Below are positions 46,162-56,540 of a stretch of 64,000 bases of DNA, piece by piece (within the stretch, counting starts at the first letter, position 1; each line of letters opens with the position of its first letter). The position numbers and the translations under genes are program-made. The stretch lies in the IMG/VR virus record IMGVR_UViG_3300044712_000557, positions 1-64,000 of that record; one strand, written 5' to 3'. The notes beneath the pieces are model-generated. The model ran no database searches. It saw nothing but the letters and a program-made list of their open reading frames with translations, and had not been told where the DNA came from. This DNA comes from a virus.

Positions 46162-46669
46162 TACTTACGCTCCAAAGAGGTCGGCCGCGAAGCTGTCACG
46201 TCCAACGGCCTTCGCCTTCTTCTTGCCCTTCTTCTTCGCCTTCTTCTTGTCGCTCTTCCCGGTGACCGGTGCGCTCTTGTGCTTGCTGTTGTAGATAGCA
46301 GCGGCCTTCGACTGAGCAGCATCGTACTCTGGAGAATCGACTGGCGCTCCCTGTGCGAACTTGTTCCTCATCGCCTCGTATGCCTTTGGCATCTCCGTCC
46401 TCCTACAAAGTGAACTTGTGCTCTCCACCATGAGCACGATTTAGGTGGCAGTAGTACTCCGAATAGTGAGCGTTCTGGTCAGGGTTCTTCGCATCGCACT
46501 TGGCCAGAGACTCGTAGAGAGCCTTATCCTCTGCCTCTCTACGCTTGCGATCCTTGCGATCTTCCAGATACCACTTAGGAAGGTAGTACGGAAGCCCGAT
46601 GGTGAGCGCGAATAGGGCCTTCCCCCACTGTTTCTTGGTTGGCGGACGGAACGTATCTAGAGATCCCAT

Positions 46670-47047
46670 TTAGCCCTTCTTCCCTACTCTGTCCATTATA
46701 ATCTTAGCTCTAGAGCTAGGTGCCTGGACTGTCTTTCCAGAGGCATCTTTACGCCAGCCTAGGCCAAAATTCCCATCTTTCCCATTGGAATACGCCTTCT
46801 TCAGCTCGTCTGGAGAGAATTGAGCAGCGGTAGGATCTACCTTCGATCCATCTGGCTTCTCTAGCCACCAATGGGTCATGTCGCGTCCCTTGGAATCCTT
46901 CCCTAGGTTCGCCACCTTTGGCTTCAGAGTGCGCCCTGTGAGCCACCACGTCGCTTCAGCGGCTGCGTAGCAGTGCCCGGCGGTTGAATGGTCATCCGGC
47001 GTGCGTAGACTCCTCCACTGAGGATTCAAGAGATCCGGGGTGAGCAC
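46670..47047 (-). CDS. papain/transglutaminase-like Cys-His-Asp domain (possible frameshift extension of the giant protein)
   Basis: GHCYAAAEA, THWWL, VDPTAAQF. Confidence 0.6.
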   Translation of the reverse strand: MLTPDLLNPQWRSLRTPDDHSTAGHCYAAAEATWWLTGRTLKPKVANLGKDSKGRDMTHWWLEKPDGSKVDPTAAQFSPDELKKAYSNGKDGNFGLGWRKDASGKTVQAPSSRAKIIMDRVGKKG

Positions 47048-47070
47048 CGACTCGACCTTCTTCGCTACGG

Positions 47071-50000
47071 CTACTTCGCTTTTGGGCCGCTACCGCTTCC
47101 CTTCGGCTTCCCCAGAGCCGTACGGCTGTAGTACTTGCTCTGAGTCTCGAAGGCACCGCGAGGACGATTCGGATACGACGGCCTGTTGCGCGACACGACG
47201 GCCGTAGATACGCTACTGAGCCCGGTCTTGACGCCCGGTTCTACGGTATGGCCTGGGAAGAGAGCCTTCAGCTCGTCTACGAGTTCTCCAGGCTGATAGA
47301 ACTTCTGGAACGTCCTCGTATCCTTCGCGCCATCCTTAGGTGGCGGTCCCATGAGGACGCCATCAAAGATTGGCTCGCCGCCCATGTTCTTTTCTGCGCG
47401 CACAGCAACGTACATCTTGTCCTTCGCGCGGCCCATCGCCTCGATCCACATCGAGTGGCGCATGTTTGGCGGGATCACGTTACCAACGAAGGTGTTCGTT
47501 ACGATGTCGGCCATGCCTTCTGGCTTCGTTGGGCTGTGAGTAGGATCGTAGCCCTTCACGTTTGCCGCGCCCGCCTCCTCGTAGTGCTTGAGGTCGGCTC
47601 CCTTGCCGGATCCCCAGTCGAATACGGTCTTGCCCTTGATGGCCTCGCCGATAGCTTTCGCATGCGACGAAGATCCAGAACGAGCCATAGCCGTACGGCC
47701 AGCGTTCGCTACAACCTGCTCCTCAGTGTACTTGCGAGGGTTCCATTCCTTGCTGTATGGCACCGGGCGACCGTACTGCTTTGGAAGCTCAGATAGGGAA
47801 GCCTGAGAAGGAGCCTTGCGCAGTGGGATCGTCTTCTTGTCAGGCTCAGCTACGCCGAGAGACTTCGCAGCCGCCTTGCGCATCTGAGTGAGCGTGTCCT
47901 CAGAGAATGGAGACTTGTCGGGCGCTGCCTCTGGGGCATTGCCGGCCATGAAATCTCTGACGACATTCTTATCGGCCTGATTGGAGTCGTGCCCACCCTT
48001 ATACTCAGCCATCATCTTGTTGATGTACGGCATATCGAACTTGAATTGGATCTTCTGCTGCTTAATGAACTTCCCATTCTTGTCCCAGATGCGTCGGTCG
48101 GTCAGCAGCTTCTCATAGCCGGGCCAGTTGCGCATACGTTCGAACGGGGGCTTGACGCCACGCTGCTTACATAGCGCATCCAGCTTCTTTAAGTCGCCCT
48201 GCCACTCATCGATGAAGATCTCGACTGGAGCGGTGTCGATACGCTCCTGGCGATCCTTGGCATCCAGCTTGTCCCACGCCTCCTTGAGCAGGCGACTCTC
48301 AGCGTAGGCCTGTGGGTTCTTGGCTCCCTTCGCTGTTCCCTCGGCGATCTTAGCCGCCATCGTCTTCGCGTCGATCTTCGGGAGATGCTGCTCGCTGAAC
48401 TGGTCAAAGGCAACCTTCTCAGGGTCGAGGCCGACCTTCTCGCCAGTCTTAGCGCTCCTCCAGTTCTGCTCTTCAGAGTAGTCCTTCCAGTTCTCCATGC
48501 GGTTGACTAGCTGGTGCTCCCTGCTAAGGCCAGAATCGTGATACGGAATGACGTAGTCGATATCCTTTGAGGCCAGTAGCGCCTTGATATGCTTATCACT
48601 GATCCCGATTGCCTCGACGCCGACATTGTCGTACTTGTCACGCAGTTCATATGCACGCTTCATGTTGCGGATGGACTCGCGCTTATTAAATCTGAGCGAG
48701 CCGTCCGGGTTGAAGCCGTCACCCTCGGGGATGACGCTGCAATTGATCATCTCGTTCGTGTCCTTCATGGACTCGACGTACTCGATCTCCTTGGTGTAAG
48801 CCTGACCCTTGAGGCCACGCAGAGCCTTGTCCATTACGGCCTGCATCTTGTCGAGTAGATGCGGAACCTCAAAGTCAGACCAAGAGTTGGAGCGAGCGCC
48901 AGAGTAGCGGTTCATCTTGTCGATCTGACTCTGCTTCATGCTGAGATACTCGCCCTTGTACTCAGCTCGTCCGATAGGCACCTTGGCGTTCAGGCCAGCA
49001 AATGCAGCAGACAGAACAGCGTACTGCTCTGGGTCATCTACGAACATCTTGTTGCGGCCTTCCTGCGTCAGGGCTAGCTTAGCGTTCTCTGCCGTAAGTT
49101 GTGCGATCTGGCCCTTGCCCTTGCCAGTCTTAATCTCGTAGCCCTCAATGGCCTTATTGATCGCCGTGTCCATCTTGATGCGACGGGACTCGACGTAGCA
49201 AGGTCCGCAGTTAACTTCGTGGCCCTTGTCCTCAAGCATGCGTCGGATCTTCAAGATGTCATCTGCCTCAAGCATCTTGCCGCGCGCCTTCTGGATGGCG
49301 TCAACAGTGTCCGACAGCTTATAGCGGCGACGGCACATCGTCGTGTAGTCCTCGCTCACCGGGTAACGAGGATCGCCATTCTTCTTGATGCCAGTGGCAC
49401 CGTTGAGTGCGACGAAATCGAGCCGATCAGGATCGGCATTGACTGCAGCCGCAACGCTACGGAGGTCAGCCTCAAATGACTGCATCTGCTTTTCCGTAAA
49501 GGCCTTGACCTTCTTATTGGCCTTGCGAGCAGCATACATCGTTTCGTTCACGGTACGAGTGGAGTACTTAGCGGGCGCTACCGCCCCTCGCGTCATGACC
49601 ACGCCATTCTTCTGGACCACGCCCTCGCCCTTAGATCCAGCGTTGAACAGCGGCTCATCAGCGGGAGACTGCTTGCCCATACGAGGCTTCAAGTCCGTCT
49701 TCTGAGTCTCCAGAAGCCCCTTCTGCCCAGAGCGCGGCTGCGCAATGTTGCCAGCTCGTTCTAGCATCGACCCAGTAGAGCTGCGTAGAGGCTTCGGGCC
49801 TACGCTAGCCTTCGGTTCGATTCCATAGGCCTCGTATCCCTTCGCCTTCATGCCCGCATTCGAAGCTTCGCGCTCGAATGCCTTGCCAGTGCTCATGCTC
49901 TCAAAGATGGACTCTGGATCTGGATGAACTGCGCGCAGAGCTGTCGTGAAGAAGTCACTGACCTTCTTGAAGTACTTGCCAATCACGCCCTGTGGCTGCC

Positions 50001-53000
50001 ACTGTGGGTTGGCCTGACGGCGGTTGAAGTACTCACGATAAGCGTCAGAGATAACTTCGTCTACGCCACGGTTGGCTGCCTCTGCAATCGGGCCATACTT
50101 CTTCTGTAGAACTGCACGCTCCTTCGGTGTTGCGAAGTGATCCAAGAAGACGTGGCCAAATTCGTGAGGGATCGAACCCTTGCGAACGACTTCGATGATT
50201 GCTTCCTTGTCGAGGACAGTCTTGAGCCCCTCTGCGACCATCTTGCCAGCGCGCACGCCTTCGATCGCCCCTGGGGAGTACTCTCCAGCAAGAGTACTTG
50301 GGTCGACCTCGATGCGATCCTTCGGGATGATGCGGATGTTTCCGCCTGGAGTCTCAATGACGAGCGACCCGTCCGTCTCATCGACGTAGGCGCTCTTCTT
50401 GAAGTTGTCAGGCAGGCTTCTGATGATCTGCGTCGGAGTTACGAGCGGACGACGAGACTCTACGAGGTCGGAGAGCGCGTGCTCCTTAACGTTGAGTTCA
50501 AACTGACCGTTCTCTAGCCAGCGTCCCTCTCCACGAGCAGCTAGGCGATCACGCATCGCGATAGCAGCCTTGGTGACGATACCTTCCGACACGCCGACCT
50601 TGTTAGAGCTTGGGAAGATGATCTTGTCGGCACCGTTGGCCTCGGCGAATTCACGTACGGCCTGGATCATCGCTGCGGAGTTCTCTCCCTCGCCCTTGTC
50701 TAGGTGCCACATCTCCACCTTTCCCTTGCGCAGGCGAACGGACACGGACTCTCCGTCCGGGCCATGGAGTTTGGACTTTCCTAGGTTGCCCTCCTCGACT
50801 CCGAATCCCCCAGGCAGGTAAGGTAGTTTGTCGCTATCTACGAGGTAACTCTTCGCAGTATCGCCAGCCTTACGAAGAGCCTGTTTGATGCCGCCCATAA
50901 CCTTGGTAGCGGGTTCTGCCCTGAACGGCCCCTCGACTTTTGGGGGCATCCTCAGCTCAGGCTTCTCCTTCGTCTTCTGGTAGTCCTCGGCCAGGGAGTA
51001 CTGCTTGCCCCCTCCTTCGACAAATTCCTTCTTAACCGATGGCCTTACTCTGCTTGGGGTTCCATCGGAGTCGATCGAGGTGATCATGGATCCGTCTGGG
51101 TGGACATATCCAATACGGTTGCCATGAATATCTTTAGCGTCTGGGTTGGGCGCAGTCTCACGGGCCAGCTTAGCGGCTGCTGCGAAGTCACGCTTGTTCA
51201 CCAGGGCCTTGATCTGGTCTACCTGTTCTGGGGTGCGTGCGGTCCTAGGAGCCGTCTTTGCTTCAGGCGCAGTCTCCGGGGCCACCTCGGCCACTGGAGT
51301 AGCTTCTGGGGCCGCCTGGGCCTCCACGGGGGCCTTCTTCGGAGTCTTCTTGCCTGTCTTTTCGGCCCGAACCTTATCGTAGGCAGCCTCAGCTTGTTCA
51401 CGAGTCGTCTCAATACCCTCGCGAGCCTGGGTAGCCTGGATGGTCGAGGACATCATGTCCTTGCGCTGCCCCTCGTCGGCCAGAATCTTCTTGACGTTTA
51501 CCCTCTTGCTCTTCTTGGTCGGAGCCGGCGCTGGAGCTTCAGGTGGGGCTGGTGGCGGATCAGGAGCAGGCGGCTCGGAAGCCTTCCGCTCGATTACCGC
51601 GTCTACGGCCTTGATGTCTGCCTGGAGATTGGCTGCGTCAACCGGATGCTCTTCGGTCTTAGCGGCAGCCTCTAGTTGATCACGAAGGCGCGCGAGAGCC
51701 GGTAGATCGAGGGCGTCGAGGCCCTTGCTTTGAGTCTCGGCGAATTTCCCTTCGATCCCCGTTGGTCCCGTTGGCTGCTCGGCCTTCGGCTCGACCAGAG
51801 CCTTCCCCTTCTGCTCACGATAACGCTTCAGAGAGTCCTGAAGGAGAGGCTCAAAGGTGGCCTGATCAACGTGCCTCTTGATGAGTCGTGCGCGGATTGC
51901 CCCTGCGTTCCCCTGGCTCTCTGCCACGAGGGCATCCATGGCGGCCTGAGGAGACGTAGACATTCCAGATCCAGCGATAGCGCCAGCCGTCGCGTTCTGC
52001 TTCGCGTTCTCACGCTCGGCAACGATAGCCTTAACGGCACGATCACGCGCGATAGCTCGCATGATCTTAGAACCAGCCTCGTCCTGTGGGATTGGAACGT
52101 CCTCTACGACTCCAGTATCCTTGTTCTTCTTTCTCTGGGTAAGCTTACCAGTCCTCCACTCCTCAACGGTACGGTCGTACTCTGGGTGGAAGTCCTGCTC
52201 ATTACGACCGATCCCGAGATCCTTCGCACGCTGCTCGCCCTTCGACACTTCAGGCTCAGGCACACCAGCTTCCTTCATCGTCTTCGTAACATCAGCTAGA
52301 GGCGTGTGAGGAGTCTGCTGGAACGGATCGGCTGCGGCAACTTCGGCGGCATTGCGCTCAGGAGCACCAGGGACTACACGCGGAGACTCGCCACGTACTT
52401 CAGGCGCAAGCATGCCAAGAAGCTGTGCCTGCTCTTCTGGCGTGAACCCTCCTAATCCTCCACGCTCAGTCTTGCTCTGCCATGGATCTGGAGCCATCAA
52501 CTGAGACTGCTGCTCAGGTGTTAGCTGGATAGGCGGCTCAGAGTAAGGAGCCTGCAGTGGCTCGCCCCACTTGATCCCCTTCGCAGCTTCAGCGTTCGCG
52601 ATGTTGTCTGCGATGCCTAGGTCTTCTCTTTGGCGAGCCTTGGCCATCTGAGTCTCGTAGGCCTTCATCGCAGGCTCTAGGGCCTCAGATGGATCCATGC
52701 CGTATGCCTTCGCATAGGCCTTTACCATCTTCTCTAGGCCAGGGTTCTGCTCGTACTTGTCGAGTAGGTCTAGCTCTGCTTGGGCCTTCTGCTCAGCAAT
52801 CTGAGCCTTACGCTGCTTGAGAGTCTCCACTGCAGACGGAGGCGGTGCCTGGTCGGCCTGTTGCGTTGCTGCTAGCCCTTCGTTGAGGGGCGCTTCCATC
52901 GCAGCCTGATCGAACTCAGTCGCAGGACGACCAGCAAATGGATCGAGGCCAGCCCTTGCAGCGAGAAGCTGCTCTGGGCTACCAGCCATAGCTCCAGTGA

Positions 53001-54645
53001 TGCTCTTTGGATCGACGCCCTGTGTTGCGGCTAGCTGCTCAACAATGAAGCCAACGTCTGGGCTTGCGTTGATCTGCTTCCAGTTCGCAGGGTCTAGGCT
53101 GTCGCGCCCCTGAAACAGCTCTGCGTCGGTAGCCATCCCCGGTCGTCCACTTTCCGGCGGGAGATAGCCCTCATTGACTGGAGCTTTACTCCCACTTACG
53201 GCTCTGGCTAGCTTGGCCCCTAGTCTTTCTCCAGCCGCACCCATGCGCTTTCGAATTGCATATCCTAGCGCTAGTCCCATGTATGGGCTACCCGTCAGTG
53301 CGGTTCCGGTCGCAGCTCCCCCAGCATAGCCCGCCACCTCGCCGGCCATCTTTCCAGCCTTAGGCAGGAAGGACGAGGCTTCCGATGTGGCCTGCGCAGA
53401 TACAGGCTTTTCACCAACCGTCTCTACCCTCATCCCCGTTAGATTTGGATCCGGCGTACCTTCTGTGGCTACTGGCTTGTTGGACTTGTAAGCCTCTAGG
53501 GCCTTCGATACTACGTCCTTTGCACCATTAACTACGTCGCCCTGTGGCCCTACTCCCTCAGCTAGATGCTTACCAGAGTGAAGGGCGAAATATGCATCGG
53601 TGCCGGACCCCACGATGGCAGGCAGCGCCTTCTTCAGGTCGCCCTCAGCCAATGCCTCGCCAGCCTGTCCTCCCTGCTCGGCAGCTCCCATTGCCATAGT
53701 TGGAGTGAAGTAGCCAGAGATCGCCTTATTGGCAGCAGAAGCCGTCTTACCCGATGCTACGCGACCCTTTAGAAATGCTTTTGTCCTAGGATCAGCGGCA
53801 GAGAAAATCTCAGACAGAGGGCCGGCAGTAGAGGCTTCAGTCTTCTTGATTCCCTCTAGAGTCTTGGCAGCATTTGCTCCCCTAGCCGCCTCAGCACCAG
53901 AGAATCCCATAGCCAACATCGTGGGATCTCCACCGGCCATGGCTACGCCAAGATCAAAAGGCTTAGACGCAGCCTGCTCAAAAGAATTCATCCATGGATT
54001 CTGCTCGGCGATAGACTCCTGCACCTCAGTAGGAGATCCAGCCTCTGACTGAGGATCGAGGGCATGCACGTTTAGCCCGATGGAAGCGCGCAATCCACGG
54101 TTGACAGCCTCTGGGAGGCTCTTCGGAGCATCAGTCCTAGCCCATTCGTTCAAGCGAGTTTGAGCGCCACCACGACCAAGCTGATAGATAGGACTACCGT
54201 TGGGATCAAGACGAGTTCCAGTAACGGCCTCCATGAGGCCTCGGCGTTCTCCAGCCACCGGCTTGATATTTCTCCCGCCGGTCTGAATGGAATCGAGCAC
54301 CCTGCCAAGTACGTCCGCAGGGATACCCATCGTGTCGCCTACAGCTCCGACTGTGGTGCCAGACGCAGCCCTTACCGCATCGAGAGTTGGACTACCAGTT
54401 GATGGAGCAGGCTCAGATGTACTAGGAGCGTTCAGCCACGGAGAATTCTTGACCCCAGACGCAGCATCTCCAAGTTGGGCCATCATTCTCGTCCCAAGGC
54501 CAACTTCAGACTTTTGCTTCATGGCGTCTTGGAATTTGGCCATGGCGATCGGCTGAGTCTGAATGGACTTCTCTAGGTCATCATCGTCCCAAGAATCAAA
54601 CTCGCCTGGGAATACTTCCCTGATCTGCTTTGCTAGGATGCCCAT
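47071..54645 (-). CDS. giant polyvalent virion/ejection protein (2524 aa)
   Basis: HEFGH zincin motif; C..CGPC/SDF/YTK domain; C-terminal SAM methyltransferase (FDWGSGKG, TFQKFY); last in the ejection-protein cluster. Confidence 0.8.
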   Translation of the reverse strand: MGILAKQIREVFPGEFDSWDDDDLEKSIQTQPIAMAKFQDAMKQKSEVGLGTRMMAQLGDAASGVKNSPWLNAPSTSEPAPSTGSPTLDAVRAASGTTVGAVGDTMGIPADVLGRVLDSIQTGGRNIKPVAGERRGLMEAVTGTRLDPNGSPIYQLGRGGAQTRLNEWARTDAPKSLPEAVNRGLRASIGLNVHALDPQSEAGSPTEVQESIAEQNPWMNSFEQAASKPFDLGVAMAGGDPTMLAMGFSGAEAARGANAAKTLEGIKKTEASTAGPLSEIFSAADPRTKAFLKGRVASGKTASAANKAISGYFTPTMAMGAAEQGGQAGEALAEGDLKKALPAIVGSGTDAYFALHSGKHLAEGVGPQGDVVNGAKDVVSKALEAYKSNKPVATEGTPDPNLTGMRVETVGEKPVSAQATSEASSFLPKAGKMAGEVAGYAGGAATGTALTGSPYMGLALGYAIRKRMGAAGERLGAKLARAVSGSKAPVNEGYLPPESGRPGMATDAELFQGRDSLDPANWKQINASPDVGFIVEQLAATQGVDPKSITGAMAGSPEQLLAARAGLDPFAGRPATEFDQAAMEAPLNEGLAATQQADQAPPPSAVETLKQRKAQIAEQKAQAELDLLDKYEQNPGLEKMVKAYAKAYGMDPSEALEPAMKAYETQMAKARQREDLGIADNIANAEAAKGIKWGEPLQAPYSEPPIQLTPEQQSQLMAPDPWQSKTERGGLGGFTPEEQAQLLGMLAPEVRGESPRVVPGAPERNAAEVAAADPFQQTPHTPLADVTKTMKEAGVPEPEVSKGEQRAKDLGIGRNEQDFHPEYDRTVEEWRTGKLTQRKKNKDTGVVEDVPIPQDEAGSKIMRAIARDRAVKAIVAERENAKQNATAGAIAGSGMSTSPQAAMDALVAESQGNAGAIRARLIKRHVDQATFEPLLQDSLKRYREQKGKALVEPKAEQPTGPTGIEGKFAETQSKGLDALDLPALARLRDQLEAAAKTEEHPVDAANLQADIKAVDAVIERKASEPPAPDPPPAPPEAPAPAPTKKSKRVNVKKILADEGQRKDMMSSTIQATQAREGIETTREQAEAAYDKVRAEKTGKKTPKKAPVEAQAAPEATPVAEVAPETAPEAKTAPRTARTPEQVDQIKALVNKRDFAAAAKLARETAPNPDAKDIHGNRIGYVHPDGSMITSIDSDGTPSRVRPSVKKEFVEGGGKQYSLAEDYQKTKEKPELRMPPKVEGPFRAEPATKVMGGIKQALRKAGDTAKSYLVDSDKLPYLPGGFGVEEGNLGKSKLHGPDGESVSVRLRKGKVEMWHLDKGEGENSAAMIQAVREFAEANGADKIIFPSSNKVGVSEGIVTKAAIAMRDRLAARGEGRWLENGQFELNVKEHALSDLVESRRPLVTPTQIIRSLPDNFKKSAYVDETDGSLVIETPGGNIRIIPKDRIEVDPSTLAGEYSPGAIEGVRAGKMVAEGLKTVLDKEAIIEVVRKGSIPHEFGHVFLDHFATPKERAVLQKKYGPIAEAANRGVDEVISDAYREYFNRRQANPQWQPQGVIGKYFKKVSDFFTTALRAVHPDPESIFESMSTGKAFEREASNAGMKAKGYEAYGIEPKASVGPKPLRSSTGSMLERAGNIAQPRSGQKGLLETQKTDLKPRMGKQSPADEPLFNAGSKGEGVVQKNGVVMTRGAVAPAKYSTRTVNETMYAARKANKKVKAFTEKQMQSFEADLRSVAAAVNADPDRLDFVALNGATGIKKNGDPRYPVSEDYTTMCRRRYKLSDTVDAIQKARGKMLEADDILKIRRMLEDKGHEVNCGPCYVESRRIKMDTAINKAIEGYEIKTGKGKGQIAQLTAENAKLALTQEGRNKMFVDDPEQYAVLSAAFAGLNAKVPIGRAEYKGEYLSMKQSQIDKMNRYSGARSNSWSDFEVPHLLDKMQAVMDKALRGLKGQAYTKEIEYVESMKDTNEMINCSVIPEGDGFNPDGSLRFNKRESIRNMKRAYELRDKYDNVGVEAIGISDKHIKALLASKDIDYVIPYHDSGLSREHQLVNRMENWKDYSEEQNWRSAKTGEKVGLDPEKVAFDQFSEQHLPKIDAKTMAAKIAEGTAKGAKNPQAYAESRLLKEAWDKLDAKDRQERIDTAPVEIFIDEWQGDLKKLDALCKQRGVKPPFERMRNWPGYEKLLTDRRIWDKNGKFIKQQKIQFKFDMPYINKMMAEYKGGHDSNQADKNVVRDFMAGNAPEAAPDKSPFSEDTLTQMRKAAAKSLGVAEPDKKTIPLRKAPSQASLSELPKQYGRPVPYSKEWNPRKYTEEQVVANAGRTAMARSGSSSHAKAIGEAIKGKTVFDWGSGKGADLKHYEEAGAANVKGYDPTHSPTKPEGMADIVTNTFVGNVIPPNMRHSMWIEAMGRAKDKMYVAVRAEKNMGGEPIFDGVLMGPPPKDGAKDTRTFQKFYQPGELVDELKALFPGHTVEPGVKTGLSSVSTAVVSRNRPSYPNRPRGAFETQSKYYSRTALGKPKGSGSGPKAK

Positions 54646-56123
54646 TACTTGCGTCCCCCAACACTGACTACCCCAAGAGAGTTCTTACCTTGCAGTGATT
54701 CCTTGCCCATCTTCAGCTTCCACCCAGCACTGTCGTGGTTATAGTTCCAGTTGCCACCAAACATCGGCGTGTCTTGAACCGATGGCACACCAAAGGCGCT
54801 CTTCCACACCTCTTCTTGGGCGTCTGCTCGCTGCTCGATAGCGGCCTTGAAGCTGTCAATGATAGCTTGACGCTCTGCTGGTGCAGTAGTCGTATCCCTT
54901 AGAATGGCGAATGCCCTATTGTCCTCGTTTGTAGGCGCTCCACCCTTCAATGTCGCAATGTACTCATTGATGACCGTGTTGGCCAAAGCCTCATAGGCAC
55001 GCAGTGGACCCTTCTTGCCGGCACGGGTGAATCTCTGATCTAGCGAGTTGATAGTCTGCCAGTCGCTGTTGGCCAAATGCTTATTGATCTCATCGGATGC
55101 GGACTGCAATTCGTCCAAGTGCCCCGCGAACTGGTTGATTCTTGTGATCTGTCCACCACGGCTGCTCTGGGAGCCCTTAACGACGTCCTTGCGCAGGGCC
55201 TCCCTTTCTCCCACAACCTGCATATTAAGCTTGGGGTTATACTTCCAAGCCATCTGCTGTAGAAGGTTTACGTTGGTTCCAGCCCTCGGCCGAATGCCAC
55301 GACCCTCAGTGAAGGCCACAACCATGTCGCGATACTGCTGAGGGATCGTACTCGGATCGCCCGGAACGATACTATCCAGCATGGCATTATCGGCGGCATC
55401 CTTCTCGGCCTTAATGTCTGATGGAGACTTCTTGTTCATCATTGCGCTGAGTCGAGCATTGGCCATACGCTCCTGAGACGCGAGGCGCTCATCGGCCTGG
55501 AGGTCGGCCATGTGCTGTCGATATAGACCCATGATCGTAGCTGGAACCACATCTTCGTAGTGGCCCAGGCCTAGCTTGTCCAAGGACGCTGTCAGCTCAG
55601 GAGTAGCAACTACTACCTGCCCGCTATCGATGCGTTCACGCTTCTTCTGAGCCTCAGCCTGCTGTCCTCCCCAGTCGGCAATCCCCGTCGACTTTCCAAA
55701 CTGCTTCGTGCGAACGAGCTTCTTCTTAGTGATGGTTCCGGCCGGAATTTCCTTTCCAGTCGTGGGATCTAATCCCGGAGGCCCGGCCAGCTCTTCCGTG
55801 TAGTCCTGGGTGAACTCCGGGATTTTCATCGCCTCTTCTACAGGCAGAACCCTGGCGTTCTCTTCGAACTGCTTCGCCAGCATCGCATCCGTCTTGTCCT
55901 GACGGTCTTCCTTCATCCATTGATGCTGCTGAGCCTGCTGAGCCATCATCTCTGCGCGGATCTTGTTCTCCTGCGCCTGCTCAGCTTCGAACTTCTTCTG
56001 CTTCTGGTATTCCTGATAGTAGCCGAGAACCTGCCCTAGGCCCCTGTTGATGGCATCACCAGCAACCGACCAAGTGCTTCCGTAGTTTGGAGCGCGGCCC
56101 GCTTCAATTACATTCGTCGGCAT
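54645..56123 (-). CDS. putative internal virion (ejection) protein
   Basis: Helical, Q/A-rich; position before the giant protein. Confidence 0.6.
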   Translation of the reverse strand: MPTNVIEAGRAPNYGSTWSVAGDAINRGLGQVLGYYQEYQKQKKFEAEQAQENKIRAEMMAQQAQQHQWMKEDRQDKTDAMLAKQFEENARVLPVEEAMKIPEFTQDYTEELAGPPGLDPTTGKEIPAGTITKKKLVRTKQFGKSTGIADWGGQQAEAQKKRERIDSGQVVVATPELTASLDKLGLGHYEDVVPATIMGLYRQHMADLQADERLASQERMANARLSAMMNKKSPSDIKAEKDAADNAMLDSIVPGDPSTIPQQYRDMVVAFTEGRGIRPRAGTNVNLLQQMAWKYNPKLNMQVVGEREALRKDVVKGSQSSRGGQITRINQFAGHLDELQSASDEINKHLANSDWQTINSLDQRFTRAGKKGPLRAYEALANTVINEYIATLKGGAPTNEDNRAFAILRDTTTAPAERQAIIDSFKAAIEQRADAQEEVWKSAFGVPSVQDTPMFGGNWNYNHDSAGWKLKMGKESLQGKNSLGVVSVGGRK

Positions 56124-56132
56124 AGCTACCTC

Positions 56133-56540
56133 TTACTGTCCACCATACTGGAATGTCTTGAAGGCCCCAGAGGCCTGAGGGAATAGCTGCGGGAAGCGCT
56201 GAGCAAAGACGCTAGAAAGGCCCTTCCCCATCATCATTCCGCGCTGCATTACTGGTGCTGGTGCCGAAGCCGTTACGGCGTCCATCGTAGCCTGTGGGTC
56301 ACCTAGGATCCCAATAGGCATGGCCTGGGTATCTACCCCAAGATTACTCATGGGGTCGATAGGCGCAGGAGCCACTACTGGAGGAGGAGCGGCTGCCCTC
56401 TTAGCAGCATCGGCCGCACTCTTCGCAGCGAACGCCTGCCCCAGAAGGGCTCCTAGCCCCTGCAGGCCCGATCCCATGGCTCCCCAGGTACTTCCAGCGG
56501 TCGTAGATGGAGCTTGGCTTCCGATGATGTTCGTAGGCAT
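56133..56540 (-). CDS. putative ejection protein
   Basis: N-terminus MPTNII..GSTW shared with the 56123 protein. Confidence 0.55.
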   Translation of the reverse strand: MPTNIIGSQAPSTTAGSTWGAMGSGLQGLGALLGQAFAAKSAADAAKRAAAPPPVVAPAPIDPMSNLGVDTQAMPIGILGDPQATMDAVTASAPAPVMQRGMMMGKGLSSVFAQRFPQLFPQASGAFKTFQYGGQ

